From positions 4,712,001 to 4,776,000 of the forward strand of contig JAYWIR010000001.1 of assembly GCA_036172245.1 (NCBI GenBank): a DNA stretch of 64,000 nt, written 5' to 3'. The notes beneath the pieces are model-generated. The model did no database searches. It was not told the origin of the DNA and saw only the letters and a program-made list of their open reading frames with translations. The stretch's first letter is position 1. Each line of letters begins with the position of its first letter. The translations under genes and the position numbers were made by a program. The stretch is from Raillietiella orientalis (Eukaryota). This document shows, one piece after another, positions 1-12,142 of the stretch.

Positions 1-289
1 AGTGAACCTGAGGGGATGAACGTTCGTATGGGTAGGTCCTAGGGTCTCATCAGAAAGTTGCCGTGCACCTGCGACACCCCAGATCTCCGAGGCCATCTAC
101 TTAAAAAGAAATCAATAAAACAGCTGGAGGAGGGTCGGCATTTACTGGTCCGAAACGAAAGAGTTGAGGGAGTGACCGGGGTGGAAAACATGGGGCCTGC
201 TCGCATCCGCTGTGCCAACTGGGGGATATTTGGCGGGACTCAGTCTTCGACAGATCCCGCTTCGTCGCATCCTCATTCTCCCTTTCTGC

Positions 290-560
290 TCCCTCGCCCG
301 TAGTTTTCAGGTGTGTTCGCTGGACTGGAAGAGCTCCTGTTCTTGCGCTCCACAGAGTCATCTTTGAGAGCATAATGATATATGCGAAATCCACTGGCAC
401 CGCAGCATTCTAGGGAACGTCCATCCACCCTTGAGCTCCCACTGTGTTCTTTCAGAGGACGGCTGTTCCAGGAAGATTCCTCCTCACAACTGTCCCAGAC
501 GTCAATTTCCATTCAAAGAACGCGCTGTTCACGTCCTGGACGATTGAGGCCACTGTCCTC
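290..560 (-). mobile_element. LINE ORF2 C-terminal remnant (same family as 2560-2820)
   Basis: Clear nucleotide similarity to 2580-2810; minus-strand translation LSKMTLWSART matches the LSKMALWIART (..IWxARN-like) C-terminal motif of L1/Tx1 ORF2. Confidence 0.6.
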
Positions 561-919
561 TCTCGCCCTCTGCTTTCCAGCAAAGTATTTTGATTTTTCT
601 TCTCTCCCTCCGAGGTCTTGGTCTATTCTTTGATCCTTTTGCAGGATCCACGCCTGGGCACAAGAGAACCTCTTTCTCTCTTTGAGCCGCAGTGGGGGCT
701 CGTCCTCTCATCCCAGGAAGACCCCAGGAAAGTGGAAACTCTTCCATCCAACGCTTAAGCAGATGTCAGAAAAACAGCACCTTCCGAGTGCTTCGGGCAC
801 CAGAAAGGTCTGAAGGTTGGCTACGACCTTCACGTCGCGCCGAAGCGCCGTCCATGCCGCTCGCGTAGTCGGCATTCCCCGTCGTTCAAGAGCTGACGTC
901 GAAGGCGAGGACAAGAAAT

Positions 920-1222
920 GAAAATGGAATCAACGACAATACGTCCCGCGCCGTGGAGCTGGTGGATTGATACCACTCCAGAGGAGAGCGCCGCTCCCGT
1001 CGGGGAGCGAACCTTCAGAGAAAATTGGGAGGCATCCCTTCGGGGTTCTCCTCAGAGGGGGAAACCAGGAGCGATTCCTTTGCAGATTCCCTCCGGGGAA
1101 GAAATTTTAGGAGCGGATCCTAGAAGGCTTTTCCGGGTTCAAAGAAGAAACGTGGAATGGCTTCCTCTGAGGGGTCCTTCCGGAGGAGGATAAGTAAGGG
1201 GTTCTCTTCGGAGACAACCAGG
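920..1222 (+). mobile_element. Long tRNA-SINE family, internal array portion (split by a LINE insertion; continues at 1804-2087)
   Basis: Aligns with the middle of the full copies at 8390-9255 and 12143-13008 (GAAAATGGA...CAGAGAAAATTGGGA...CCCTTCGGGGTTCTC units). Confidence 0.75.
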
Positions 1223-1803
1223 TGGTGGGTAGTGTGGGGAAATCCCTCCTGCATCTCATAGTGGACTGTGCTTTCCTCCGGTCCCTATGAGCAGGTTTCG
1301 CAACGACCCTCCGGATCCCGGTTGGCAACCACAGGGACGTTTACGGCTCCTCTTTGTGTGGGATGCTCTGCGGCCAGTCGCGGCCCAGCAGCGCTTTGCT
1401 GCATCCGCGGGATTGTGACGGCCTGGAGCGAAGCCGTCACAGGAAGAAAAGGGAGGAGACTCCGTTCAGTTCGCAGTTCGCTTTCTGCGGATAGCAGCAG
1501 CCAGATGGCCCCATCTGGGACCTATTAGGATGGACCTAGCCGGCATCCTAGAGTGGATGCAGATTCCCTCCAGAGAACAGTGGTTCCCTCCCGACCCTCC
1601 AAAAGATTTTTATTTATTTTTATTTGCTCTTTCTTTTTGTTCTCTCCCGTTCCCTCTGCTGCCGAGGTGATTCATGACGGTTCTGCGCATCAGAGACCCG
1701 GCAGGTCCATAGACAATTTGAGTGTGGTAGACCACCGCGCGTCCTACCAAAATTTTTGAGGTTATTTTAAATCAACAAACGCCTCTACATGTCCTGGTGG
1801 AAA
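1223..1803 (+). mobile_element. 5'-truncated L1/Tx1-like LINE with 15-bp target-site duplication
   Basis: SLLHLIVDC zf-RVT remnant; DLAGILEWMQ matches ELAGILNRMQ of the 13.6-kb copy; TSD TCGGAGACAACCAGG (1208-1222) / TCGAAGACAACCAGG (1804-1818). Confidence 0.8.
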
Positions 1804-2087
1804 TCGAAGACAACCAGGGTGAAGGGGTTCCCTCCTAGGCGTGAGAAGAATGGACTCCTTCCTCTGGAGCCCTTCCCGGATTCATAGGGTGGTCCCTCCT
1901 CTGGTGTTGCTCCCTAACTTGAAAAGTTAAACGCACCCTTAGGTGGCGTGGACAGTGGTAAAGAGCTTCGTGAGCCGCCAAGCAAACGATTCTTCAGTAC
2001 TTAGCGAACCAAAAAAAAAAAACCTAAAAAAAAAGAGGAGGGAAACAGAAAAGAACCCCAAAGATTTCCATCATCCTAGACCAATAG
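1804..2087 (+). mobile_element. Long tRNA-SINE family, 3' portion
   Basis: GGATTCATAGGGTGGTCCCTCC...CCTAACTTGAA...GGTGGCGTGGACAGTG...TTCTTCAGTACTTAGCGAAC...AAAGATTTCCATCATCCTAG shared with the other copies. Confidence 0.85.
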
Positions 2088-2499
2088 CATCCATATCTCC
2101 GTGAGATCGCTACTGGCCTTTTTTGAAAATAAAGAAAAAAAAACAGCAATTGCTTTCCTCACCAATTGCTCTTCCTTTGTATCGCCGTCTTCTACTTCTC
2201 CCCCTAAATTGTGAAGTAGTTGTTTCTTTCTCCAATTTTTAGAATTCCTGTTTTGGCGATCGAGCCATCTAAGTTTGGTGAAAGACTGCAAAACTCAAGG
2301 GCAGGTGACCATTTAAAAAACCCACTATGGAGCTGAAAGAAAAAAAAAAAAAAAAGAGATACATTTTTTTGATCACTTTCTGAAGTCCTCGACAATAAAA
2401 GCATCATTTTCAGAAATCTTTCAAGGTAGCCGTTTTGTTTCGGATGGATGTCCTTGAAGTGGAAGACATCAAAGTGAGTCATCATGATGGCTCTCGTGA

Positions 2500-3950
2500 A
2501 GAAAATTGTCAAGAGTCAACAAACTTTCAGCTGCCGAAGGAATTTTTCCAGCTGCGTTCGATGAAGGAGCGTGCGCTCCTTCGGTGTGTTCGTTGGACTG
2601 GAAGAGCTAATGTTCTTGCAATCCACAGAGCCATCTTTGAGAGCATACGCGAAATCCGCTGGCACCCCAGAATTCCAAACATCCATCCACCCCTGAGCTC
2701 CCACTGCGTTCTTTCGGAGAAACTCCGGACGGCTGTTCCAGGAATACTTCTCCTCATATCTGTTCCAGATATCAATTTCCATTCAAGGAAAGCGCTGTTC
2801 CGTTCCTTCAATTCTCGAACAGTCACTACGCGTCATTTTTCAGCTCCGAACGCCTCTGTCTGATAGAAGACGGCGATGCTTCTCTTCAGAACAGATGAAG
2901 CACCAGGGCTGCCAGCCCGCGAAGCCTCTTTCTGAGCTGAAACTGAAGCTGCCTGATGTGCAGACTGCAAACCATCCTTCGGAAGTCGGCTGCGGAAGAT
3001 GGTTCCTGTTTCCTCATGGTGTCTGCAGTCTCATGGCTTCCAGTGCAGATTTCTCTCCAGAGGACTGCGTTGGGTGGCCATCAACTTATGGGAAAAGTAG
3101 CAGCTCAGACTTGTCATACGCGTAAGCAAACGGCAAAAAACTCACTGTGTCTGGATGAGCCCCACCCCTCTCCGGGCAGGCAACGCGAGATTGCTCTGTT
3201 CGGTCATCCTACCTCATCAGCATAGCTCCGATGGGGCACGTTTGGTCCAGGAAGATCAAGATCATGGTGTCAGACACGAACGAATGCGCATCCAAGCAGA
3301 TGAACGTATGGACACATGTAATAATTATGCAGCACGACAACAACGGTAACAACGACATCAGCCGAGAATTTCCCCTCAGATCAAAAGTCTCCTTCGGGAA
3401 CCGAACGAAACGAGCAAATGCTTCTTTGTCTCTAATTCGTTCAGCAGGCTCTCAGCTGCCTGCATTCTTGCGACCTGCGCTGACTCCAGGGCACAGGAAG
3501 CGTCAGGAAGTTGCAACGACTCCTTGTCTCCCTAAAAAGGTCTTCCACATTCTGGAAACGTAGGCGGCCATTGGAGCCGTCCGGGCTTTCAAGGACCCTG
3601 TTGCTGATGTTGTTGAGGCGCAGACTTCCTTGCGTTTGTTTCGGTGCTCTTCACCACCACAGCAAGGGAGGAAATGAGGCTTCCAATAGCCTGCCGATGC
3701 GCTCAAGTGGGATCCTTCCCACACGTGCCACTGTGGCTTGTGGTGCCCTCCAACTCGCATGGAAGAGCCTGTCACTTCCGGTGGACAACTCCACGGATGT
3801 TTCAGAGCTACTCCTAGCGCGCAGAGCAATGCTGCCTCCTGCACCACTCTCTGCTCCCTCCTGTGGCATGGCTGCCCACGAAACGCAAGACAAAGAGCGA
3901 CTCAGCGGCAATGCCAATCATCGAGGTGACTTTCCTGAAGAGGGCAACGA
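2500..3950 (-). mobile_element. Degenerate LINE ORF2 3' region
   Basis: Minus-strand SAFLEWK...GGWMFG...LSKMALWIART; the ALKHPW segment resembles VGTHPW in the 55.6-kb LINE. Confidence 0.55.
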
Positions 3951-4156
3951 AATGACCCCACCTAGTGAACCTGAGGATGGAACTTTAATGGGATAGTACT
4001 GCGCAAGATGTAGAGGAGCCAAGGGGAATGGAAATGACACTCCCTTTCCTGTCCCCTGCATAAAAAGTCATTTATTTTTGTACTTCTTTATTTGGTACCC
4101 CTTCTCTTCCTTTCCCCAGGCGACCTCATTGGCCAGTTCACTCACCAGTGAGATAG

Positions 4157-4440
4157 CCTCACCAAGCGCAAGAAAAGCGGAGCCTTCCTGGATTCATAGT
4201 TGGCCCCTCTGGGGCGGCTACCTAACTTGAAGCGTTATACTCACCCTCTGGTGTCGTGGACAATGTCAAAGAACTCCGTGAGCTTCTAAGGAGGGAAAGG
4301 GTTCTTCAGCACTTGGAAAATCCTCAAAAAAGAACCTCTCCCCTCTCCCTTACTCTCTTCCCTCCCCAACCATCCCCCAGCCCCCCAAAAAGAAAAATAT
4401 GGAAGAAAAGCAACGAAAACCGAACTCCAAAGAATTTTCC
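4157..4440 (+). mobile_element. Long tRNA-SINE family, 3' portion only
   Basis: CTTCCTGGATTCATAG...CCTAACTTGAAG...GTGGACAATGTCAAAGA...GGTTCTTCAGCACTT family tail motifs. Confidence 0.8.
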
Positions 4441-4449
4441 CCGTTCTCT

Positions 4450-5000
4450 CTCTGTTCTTTTTGTATGTTTGCTTATCGTTGATAATTGCAATGAACGCTC
4501 CCACATGACCAGTTGTGAAATCCCGGCGACCTCATGGAGAGTCCTTGCAGACTCGGCTTCCTGCTTTCTTGATACTTCCCATGGAAGATCCCTGCGGCTG
4601 CTTGCTTTAGAGTCCACTGATGCAGCACGTGGAAGCGAGATGTCCCTCCTTTCGAATTCAGGGTGAGATGCGTGGACGGCAGATGTGTCTTTTCCACACA
4701 CGTTGGTACGGAGATCAAGGAGAAGGCACGCTGCAGGGAAGATGCACTCCACAGATGACTGTTGAGTGAGTTCGCTTGGTCGGGATTTGCCGCCCGCACA
4801 GGGTACGGGCGAGGGGGGAATGCTGGATCGTGGTGGCGTTCACCGGGAGAGCAGAGAAGAACTTTTTCTCAAGGATCATCACAGCATCCTGATTTTCCCC
4901 AGCATCTTTCCGTTTGCTCATGCTTCAGAGAAATCACAAACGAAACACTCTGCCGATGACCGGGTAAACTCGAGGAAGGATGCGGAGGAGGAAAGGGTGA
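4450..5000 (-). mobile_element. Possible LINE zf-RVT/3' remnant
   Basis: Minus-strand LARTLCGRQIPT resembles the zf-RVT 'W..l.grlpT' segment; A-rich end near 4450. Confidence 0.35.
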
Positions 5001-5849
5001 AGTGAGTCGAGATTAGCTCGATTTCCATCCCCGGAGTGCTAATCAATTATTTGTGGCTCCTGAAATCATCTCGCGAGAGAAGACTAAAACGAGGGAAAAG
5101 TAAGAGTTGGGTGAGAATGAGCGAGATAAGGGGTTTCAGAAGGGTGAAATGTGGGTACGGCCCCATTAACTTGGAGTTTGTTTATCACTCCTAGTGCAGT
5201 AACGGTGTTGAAGAGGTATTTTTATCGAAGAAACCGTCGAATTTAAGGTGCAGCGCTGTTTGCAATGGTAGTGATGCCGCGATCAAGGGTGGTGGTAGAA
5301 GCTTGGATGAACTAAATGATTTGCTAAACCACTCACCCCAAAGTTTCCATTTTAGAGAATAAGGGCGAAATTTAATTTCAAAATTTTTTATGCTTATTGA
5401 ATTAAGGATGGAAAGGACATTTTTCATTTTTCATTAAGGATCATTTTTCATTGTTTTGTGGTACTATATATACATATATATATGTATAAAGGTGGAATGT
5501 AGTTTTATGGTACTATATACACACACATCACACATACATGTATAATGATGGGTAATCCTTAATTGCATGGCAGCAAAAAGAAGGAATTCTGGACCAATTC
5601 ACGAGTTCATCGAAAATTCTGGTTGGATTCATCGTGTGTTTCGCGTCCCTGGTTCACGTTACACATGCACGTCATATATAAATTTATACAGCTTTATATA
5701 ATCCAATGTATGCATATATGTGCGTATATAATTCAGCTATAAAATTATATGTATCCATGTATTCACATAATCTTGTAAATTATATATATATTATTCAATT
5801 GCAAAATTATCTGTATACATGTGCCTATATTTACATCTGTGCCAACAGC

Positions 5850-6500
5850 ATGTTTTTGAATACGAGAATGGTTTCAGCTGATGCTGAGAAATTTTGCTGA
5901 CTGCTTGCCGACAGTTGCTGCTTAACTTCGAGCTGATGCAGCTCCGATATTCCTTGTTAGGGATTGAAAATTCCAGGTTCTGTGTGTGCACGTATTACGG
6001 AGGAATTAGTATGTAAAACGGAATTGGGTTCTCCACCACAGACAGGGGATAAATAAGGAATGGGGAAAAGAACTTCAATGATTCAGCAGTGGTGAGAACT
6101 TTGGGGGAGTCCGCTTAATAATTGATAATCTGCGAGGATTATCAATTATTAAGTCACTTTCTTCAGTATTTGTCTGTCAATGTTTTGGTTATTTAGGAGG
6201 AAACAATTTCCTTAATAAAGGGTAATTAGGAGTTCTAATGGAGATGCAGCACAGGAGAGAGTAAAGTGAAGGCTAAGATGCGTTCATTTTGGGTGTGTAA
6301 ATGTAATTTCGCATTGAAATGGGATTTTGTTGTGAATTCATCCAGGGATGGCAAGTTGTCTGATCAGTGGGATGATTGCAGATGTTCGTGACAAGTTGTT
6401 GATGACGGAAAGTGGTCAGCGGCATCATCCGCTCATTTCGAAATTACGGTTGATCCAGTGGATGGGTAAAGAAAAGATGAATAGGAGTCACAAAACGCAT
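5850..6500 (-). mobile_element. AT-rich LINE C-terminal remnant
   Basis: Minus-strand SPVCGGEPNSVLH (~6010-6050) resembles a degenerate CxxC...S..H zinc finger. Confidence 0.35.
6114..6153. repeat. Perfect 17-bp inverted repeat with 6-nt spacer
   Basis: CTTAATAATTGATAATC-TGCGAG-GATTATCAATTATTAAG. Confidence 0.95.
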
Positions 6501-6779
6501 ACGTGTATCACCATTCTCAACTGAATCGGGTGATCATGATATGTGATCCTATGATGCGAGTCAATTGGGTTCCATGGAAACGAAATGGAAGGATCCCCGT
6601 TCCCGTTCACAGGTTCATAGAGAATTCTGCTTGGATTCGTTGTGTGTTTCCACGCCTCGGATTCACGCTACACATCAGTTGCGTTACCGAGCGTCCGTGA
6701 CACGACCCCTGGTCCTCCGTCGCGAGTCACTCCGGATGAGGTGTTACGATTCAGACACTCAAAAGTGCATGCACGAGCG

Positions 6780-7758
6780 TCTGTATTTAGATGCTGCCGT
6801 GGCTGGAGCAGATAAGAAAAGTCAAGGCAGATGCGCACAAAGGATACGGGGACGATCCCGAGAAGACATGTTGACTTTTGCAGTAGCGTGGACCCTTCCT
6901 TCAGGCTTCACGATCCAGGAGTTCTTTCCGCCTCCTGACCATCTGTGCTAACAGCGTGGTGACTGAACCTCTGAATTTCTTCACCGTCGCTTCCTTCTTG
7001 AGTGACGGTTCCGGCAGAAAATGCCAAGATGGCGAGATCCTGCTGATGGATCCATTAGCCCAGTTCCCCCGTGTTCAGAGCCGATGCGGAAGTCCCCAGT
7101 TTCCAAGCGACGCTGAAACGACGCTAGGGAGTAGCGCCGGTTCCCCCCAGATGATTTTTCTGACCACAAGCGTTCCCCGAGAGCGTGCAAATGGTGTTCG
7201 GAGGCACGCGAGCAAAAAATTCCAGCACCTGCTTTCAGCACAGTACCAGACCTTGCATCAGCCTGGAGCCGAGAGAGGAGGAGGATGCTGTCAAAGATGA
7301 AACTTGCATGTGTGCAACATCAGATTCGGAAAAGCGGAACTGAAAAAGCATCCAATCTGTGGATGATGGGGGACCTTTGGCGTCCTGCTGATGGCTCGAC
7401 GCGCAGTTCCTCTTCTTGCAGAACTTTTAGTTACCCATTTTCGAGGTCTATGGCTCTGAGGAGCCAGACAGACTGAGCGGCAGCGCTTCTCAACGCTCCA
7501 GATGCGAACTGCCCGATCCTCTTCCTAAGAGCTCACGTGAACTTCGTTCACGAGGCATGACGGACGCCAAAAATGAGACCGAGCGGTTCATCCCTTGCCG
7601 CCTTTAAGGGCGTGTTCTGGAACCAGGTGAGTTTCGGAAACCAGCCGAGTCCACCGCAGGCTGCAGACCAACCTCCTTAACATCCCGTCCTGGCGGTTTT
7701 CCAGGGATACTCTGCCTGCAGCGCCTTGTAATGATTCCGGTCATGTCTGCCGCTCAGC
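6780..7758 (-). mobile_element. Degenerate LINE ORF2 (post-RT region)
   Basis: Minus-strand CGGLGWF (~7640-7660), the GGLG motif that follows L1-clade RT, with a KW-type motif further downstream. Confidence 0.45.
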
Positions 7759-7772
7759 AGAGGACCATGATG

Positions 7773-8381
7773 CTCACCCGGTTATGCCAGGGCGTTCATT
7801 ACGTGAAGTGATAAAAGCACATTGGTGTGGTACAACCGTTGGTTCTACCACGCGCAGTGAACCTGCCGAAGAGCGACACGCAGACCGGCGAGGTCCTCTT
7901 CGTCAGCGCGGGGAAAGGGGAGACAAAAACACAAAAAAAATAAACACACAAAACAGGGGGGAAAGGGAGTTTTTACACAGGGAAGAAGTCACGGTACGCT
8001 GCCAGAGTCCTCTGCATCCTATTCAGGATGCCGGCAAGTTCCGTCCGTGTCTTGCCCAGGTGGAGACATCTCGAAGCGGTCTTCAGGAAGAGCCGCGCCC
8101 AGTGGATGGCGTCTCTGCCACTTCGGCCTCTTATTCTGTCATTCCCGCGGACACGGTAGGGAACTGCGAGGGACGCGGCTGGCGGAGGAACGGGACGCAC
8201 GTAGAGGCGTTTGAAAATGTCCCTGGGACTGCCCACCGGGATACCTAGCATCGTCACGAGGCGATCCCAAAGGGTCGGAGAGTAGCACAGTACAACAGCA
8301 AGTGCGAGAGGGTTTCCTTCTCGCCGCACCTGTCTCAATCAGCACCCACCCTCCCCCTTGTCCAGTGGTGAAGGCGTGCTT
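7773..8381 (-). mobile_element. 5'-truncated L1/Tx1-like LINE with 14-bp TSD; near-identical to 13311-13919
   Basis: RCGEKETLSHLLLYC zf-RVT motif; TSD AGAGGACCATGATG (7759-7772) / AGAGGACCGTGATG (8382-8395). Confidence 0.85.
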
Positions 8382-8389
8382 AGAGGACC

Positions 8390-9255
8390 GTGATGGAAAT
8401 CCTTCTGGGTTCTTTTATTTTTGCTGCTTTCCATCCAGACTTCTCTTTTTTTTTCTCGAGTCTTCTTTTTTTTGGGGAGGGGGGAGGTTCGTTAACTGCT
8501 GAAGAACCGTTCGCCTCCTTGGGAGAAGGGATGTGGGGATGGGGTTCACGAAGGTCCTTGACACTGTCCACGCCACCCAAGGGTGCGTGTAACTCTTCAA
8601 GCTAGGGGGTAGCCACGGAGGGACCATCCTTTGAATCCAGGAAAGCTATGGAGGGAAGAGTCCGTTCCTCTCACTCTTTGTAGGAGAACCCAGAAGGGAA
8701 CGGCTTCCGGAGGGAGCTCTCAAAGAAGACCACTCCTCATTTCTTATCCCAAGAAAATCCAGAAGTAATCCGCTCATGGAATTTCTTCTCCGAAGGGAAC
8801 CCGCACGGGAATCGCTCTTGATTTCCTCTTCTGAAGAGAACCCCGAAGGGACGCTTCCCAATTTCTGTGAGGGGTGCTCCCTGAAAGGAGCAGCGCGCTT
8901 CTTACACTCTGGACAGGCAACCTGCTGAGGGTACCCCCCGAGGGGTAGGGGACGGCTCCATTTTCACAACCGAAGGGGTTGAATCCTGAAGGGAACTGGT
9001 GCTCCTTGATTCCTGGAAGGACCCCGAAAGGTCAACCAATCTTTGCCAGTCACAGGGGGCGTCCGGAGATTTCAGGTTTCCACCAGTGCCTCCGCGCCCG
9101 AAGGCTACAGGCCAACCAGCGTCATCCTGTGTGGGGAACTCGAAACCCATGACGGACCCCCATTTCTCTGGAGCCGACCCTTCCTTCCGGGGAGGATTCG
9201 AAGCCGCAACTCTTGGTGTCACGAGAGCGGAGGCCGCAGCTACACGGGCGCCAAT
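8390..9255 (-). mobile_element. Long tRNA-SINE family, full-length copy
   Basis: B-box-like GCTTCGAATCC in the head, conserved body (GGGGTCCTTCCAGGAATCAAGGAGC), ~40-bp unit array and family tail. Confidence 0.85.
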
Positions 9256-9559
9256 GCGGGCAGAGGACCAAGTCAGGGTGAAGCGACTTCGATGCAAGTG
9301 GACTCTCATCTCGAACCAGTTCACTCCTTTTTGAAGCATTTGCGCGCCTCAGCTGGTATTTCGCTTCTCAGATTACTCTGCAATTTTTTTTTTTTTTTTT
9401 TTTAAAGGTTATCCTTCTATTCTTTGGTGATGCATTGTGGGTCCTTTTGGGTTGCGGGTGGTGATGGCCTCTACGAGCGCTTCAGAGGAGAAGCAGTGAC
9501 TTCTTAAACTATCGACGGGGATCTCTTAGTTAGCAGAGGTTGGGGCATTCAAGGAAAAA

Positions 9560-11950
9560 GGGAGAAATATCAGCATCTTTGAAATGAAGCGGAAGAGGAA
9601 TAGCGAGAAGGATCAGAAGACGCTGCCAGCGTTTCAGAAATGGAAATTCGAGAAAGTTCGGAAGTTTTCCAGGATTCCTTGGACTTTCCTTTCTCGTGAG
9701 ATGGAGCCTGCGTGAGAGCAGGCCAGCTCCCGTGCGAGAGAACTCCGTGTTTGAAACTCACACCCCCTCTTTTTTCCTAAGACCGGAGGTTCAAGACTGG
9801 GAGGGTCGAGCTGGGTTTCGGAGACTGCTGCAAATGCGACGTGTCAGTCCCGGAAGAGTTGCCTATCTTGAATTTCCCCGTCTTCGCTCTCTTTCCCTGG
9901 TCCTGAAGAGCGAGTCGAAATCGCTTTCGTCGCACTTTCCAGCCGCTTTCCGATCCGCCGAGAGCACTTATCGGGAATTCACTGCTCCACCGGAAACTCG
10001 CTTCCCACTCTCAGAACGAGGAAGAGTGCGAGGAGCTCCAGCCGATGCGCACGAGCGACCCAATCGCTGTCCGTTCTTAGCATGTGTCTGCCTGTTTCAA
10101 GATGAATCTGCAGGGGATATTCCAAGCTGGAGTCTCGACGAATGACCCCACTGGTCACCCTGATCGTGGCCATGGATTACACGTCGAAAGGATAGAGACT
10201 AGGCACTCACTCTCAATGATGCTCGAATGGTTTCTCCGAGATTTCGGATGAATAAGAAAAGCCAGTGACCAGGAAGCTTTTCAACGTACCTTCGCACGCA
10301 TACACGACTGAAAGGTCACCCGGAATGAGATCACGATTCCTAAGGACCCACGTCTCGTTTCCTAATTTGAAATTTGAGAGATGAGGATGGATAATTAGTT
10401 TGTTCATCTGGTCCAGCTGTCGTGCCGTTTCTTTCATATTCAAAGCTGTTCACGAAAATCAACAGCCGCACACCTTAACGAAAGGCACACTTGATTGGTT
10501 GGAAGCGGGGAACAGCTGTATCCAAGTATCCATAAACAGTGTAGGCAAGCAAACAGGAGTTGACCTTGAAACTGAAATGGCTAACAGCGAAAAACGGATC
10601 ACCGGCTAAAGCTCCACGAGTAGTTTGGTCTCCTCAAGGCACAGAGGAATTCCAGAAGTCTTGTTTTGTCCCAATTCTTCCAGAAAGGCTAGCCGCTTGG
10701 CATCTCCACCCATTGTTTTCTGAGTCTAAGAGTGATGAGATCTGGTGATGCATGAAACTGGAGCCAAAGTCTCGAGATAGAAACGTACTGCCTTGAGGCT
10801 GTTCTACGGGTTGTTCTTTTCCCAGGACGCTTTCCTTCTCTCCCAGTTAGCTGACAGCACGGTTGGGAAGCGCAGCAGAATTCTCCGCCATTCTCCGCTC
10901 TGTACAGCAAAAGCCTCAGAGCTATTTGAGAATCGCCAGACATGCATACATCGTCTGACCAGCTCTTCAATAAGAGATGCATTCAAGCTTCCACAGTGCA
11001 AAGAAATAAACAGAAGCGAACATGAACAAAGCATCAAAGAACATGGAATGATACGGAAACTGCTGAAAGCCACGAAGGGCTTCATGGCGTGCAACATATG
11101 CTCTCTGAGGTCTGGAGACTTCATCGCCTTCAGGAGCTTTGCGGTCGCAACTCTGCTTCGAACCTCGGAGAACCTAGGCGAACGGTCTTCTGTCTGGAAC
11201 TCCGATACGAGCATCCGCAAGTAAAGGCGAGGCTGGCTGCATCCCGAGATGCACTTGGTGGAGAGGAAACGAGGCTCGCTACCATCCTAATTCCAAGGAA
11301 GTTCTTGGAAACATCTACTTGAAAATCCGACTCAACTTCCCAGAGCACGTGTCCCTTCTTTTGAAAGAATGTCTGCTCCAGGAGTCAAGTGGTAACGCAG
11401 TCACGTGGTCCATGATTCCATGATGCGGTGACGGTTCTCCCGGAACTTCCCTGTGGAACGATGAACGATGGATTCAATTTGACATGGTGACTGTTTCTAG
11501 AAAGAAAAAAGAGACCCTTGATGGCTAGTGCTCCTGACAAAAACGAAGGTGAAATCTCAAGGTTAGGATCCATTGCTTGTAGCAAACAGACTCTGTCATC
11601 TGAGATTCAAGGAGCTTCTCGTCCTTCAAAAACGCAGTTGGTTTCCAGGTGCTGCCTATAATCTTGAGCAGAGGAAAAAAGGAAAGATTTCGAACGAGGT
11701 AGCTCGTCCGTCGTCTGTGGCATCTGCCCAAGCGAATTCCGCTTATTGGTATTGAGAATACGCAGGGAACATTCAGGTGATCCCCGCGTGGACCGTGCGA
11801 CAGTCCACTCGAAGCCTTTCAAGAGCGGACCGGAACAGGCGGTTCCTCAACACGCCATCTCCTGATAACTCCCTGCTTCTGAAGCTTACTATGCCTGAAG
11901 CGAGCTTCCAGAGCGAGGAACCCGTCTTCAACTGCTGCTCCTGCTATTCG
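9560..11950 (-). mobile_element. Degenerate LINE ORF2 fragments (APE, linker, RT)
   Basis: Minus-strand remnants SDFDSLF (GDFN-like, ~9920), a frameshifted GK.PG motif (~10830) and a frameshifted WD..L.FL-like RT segment (~10660); many stops and frameshifts; probably more than one element. Confidence 0.5.
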
Positions 11951-12142
11951 TTTCCAGACTATTTGTAAAAGGGAAAGGTGACAGAATTCTCAAGAGAAGG
12001 ATTTCTCAGGATGCTGATAGGAGGCTTTTATCTCGTACACGCGATACGGCCCCAGGCGTAGCTTCCTGCCGCGCCCTCGTTCCTTGGCAAGACGGCAGGA
12101 GGTGATACTCGGTCGTTTCAGGCACGAAAAACACGCCAAAAA

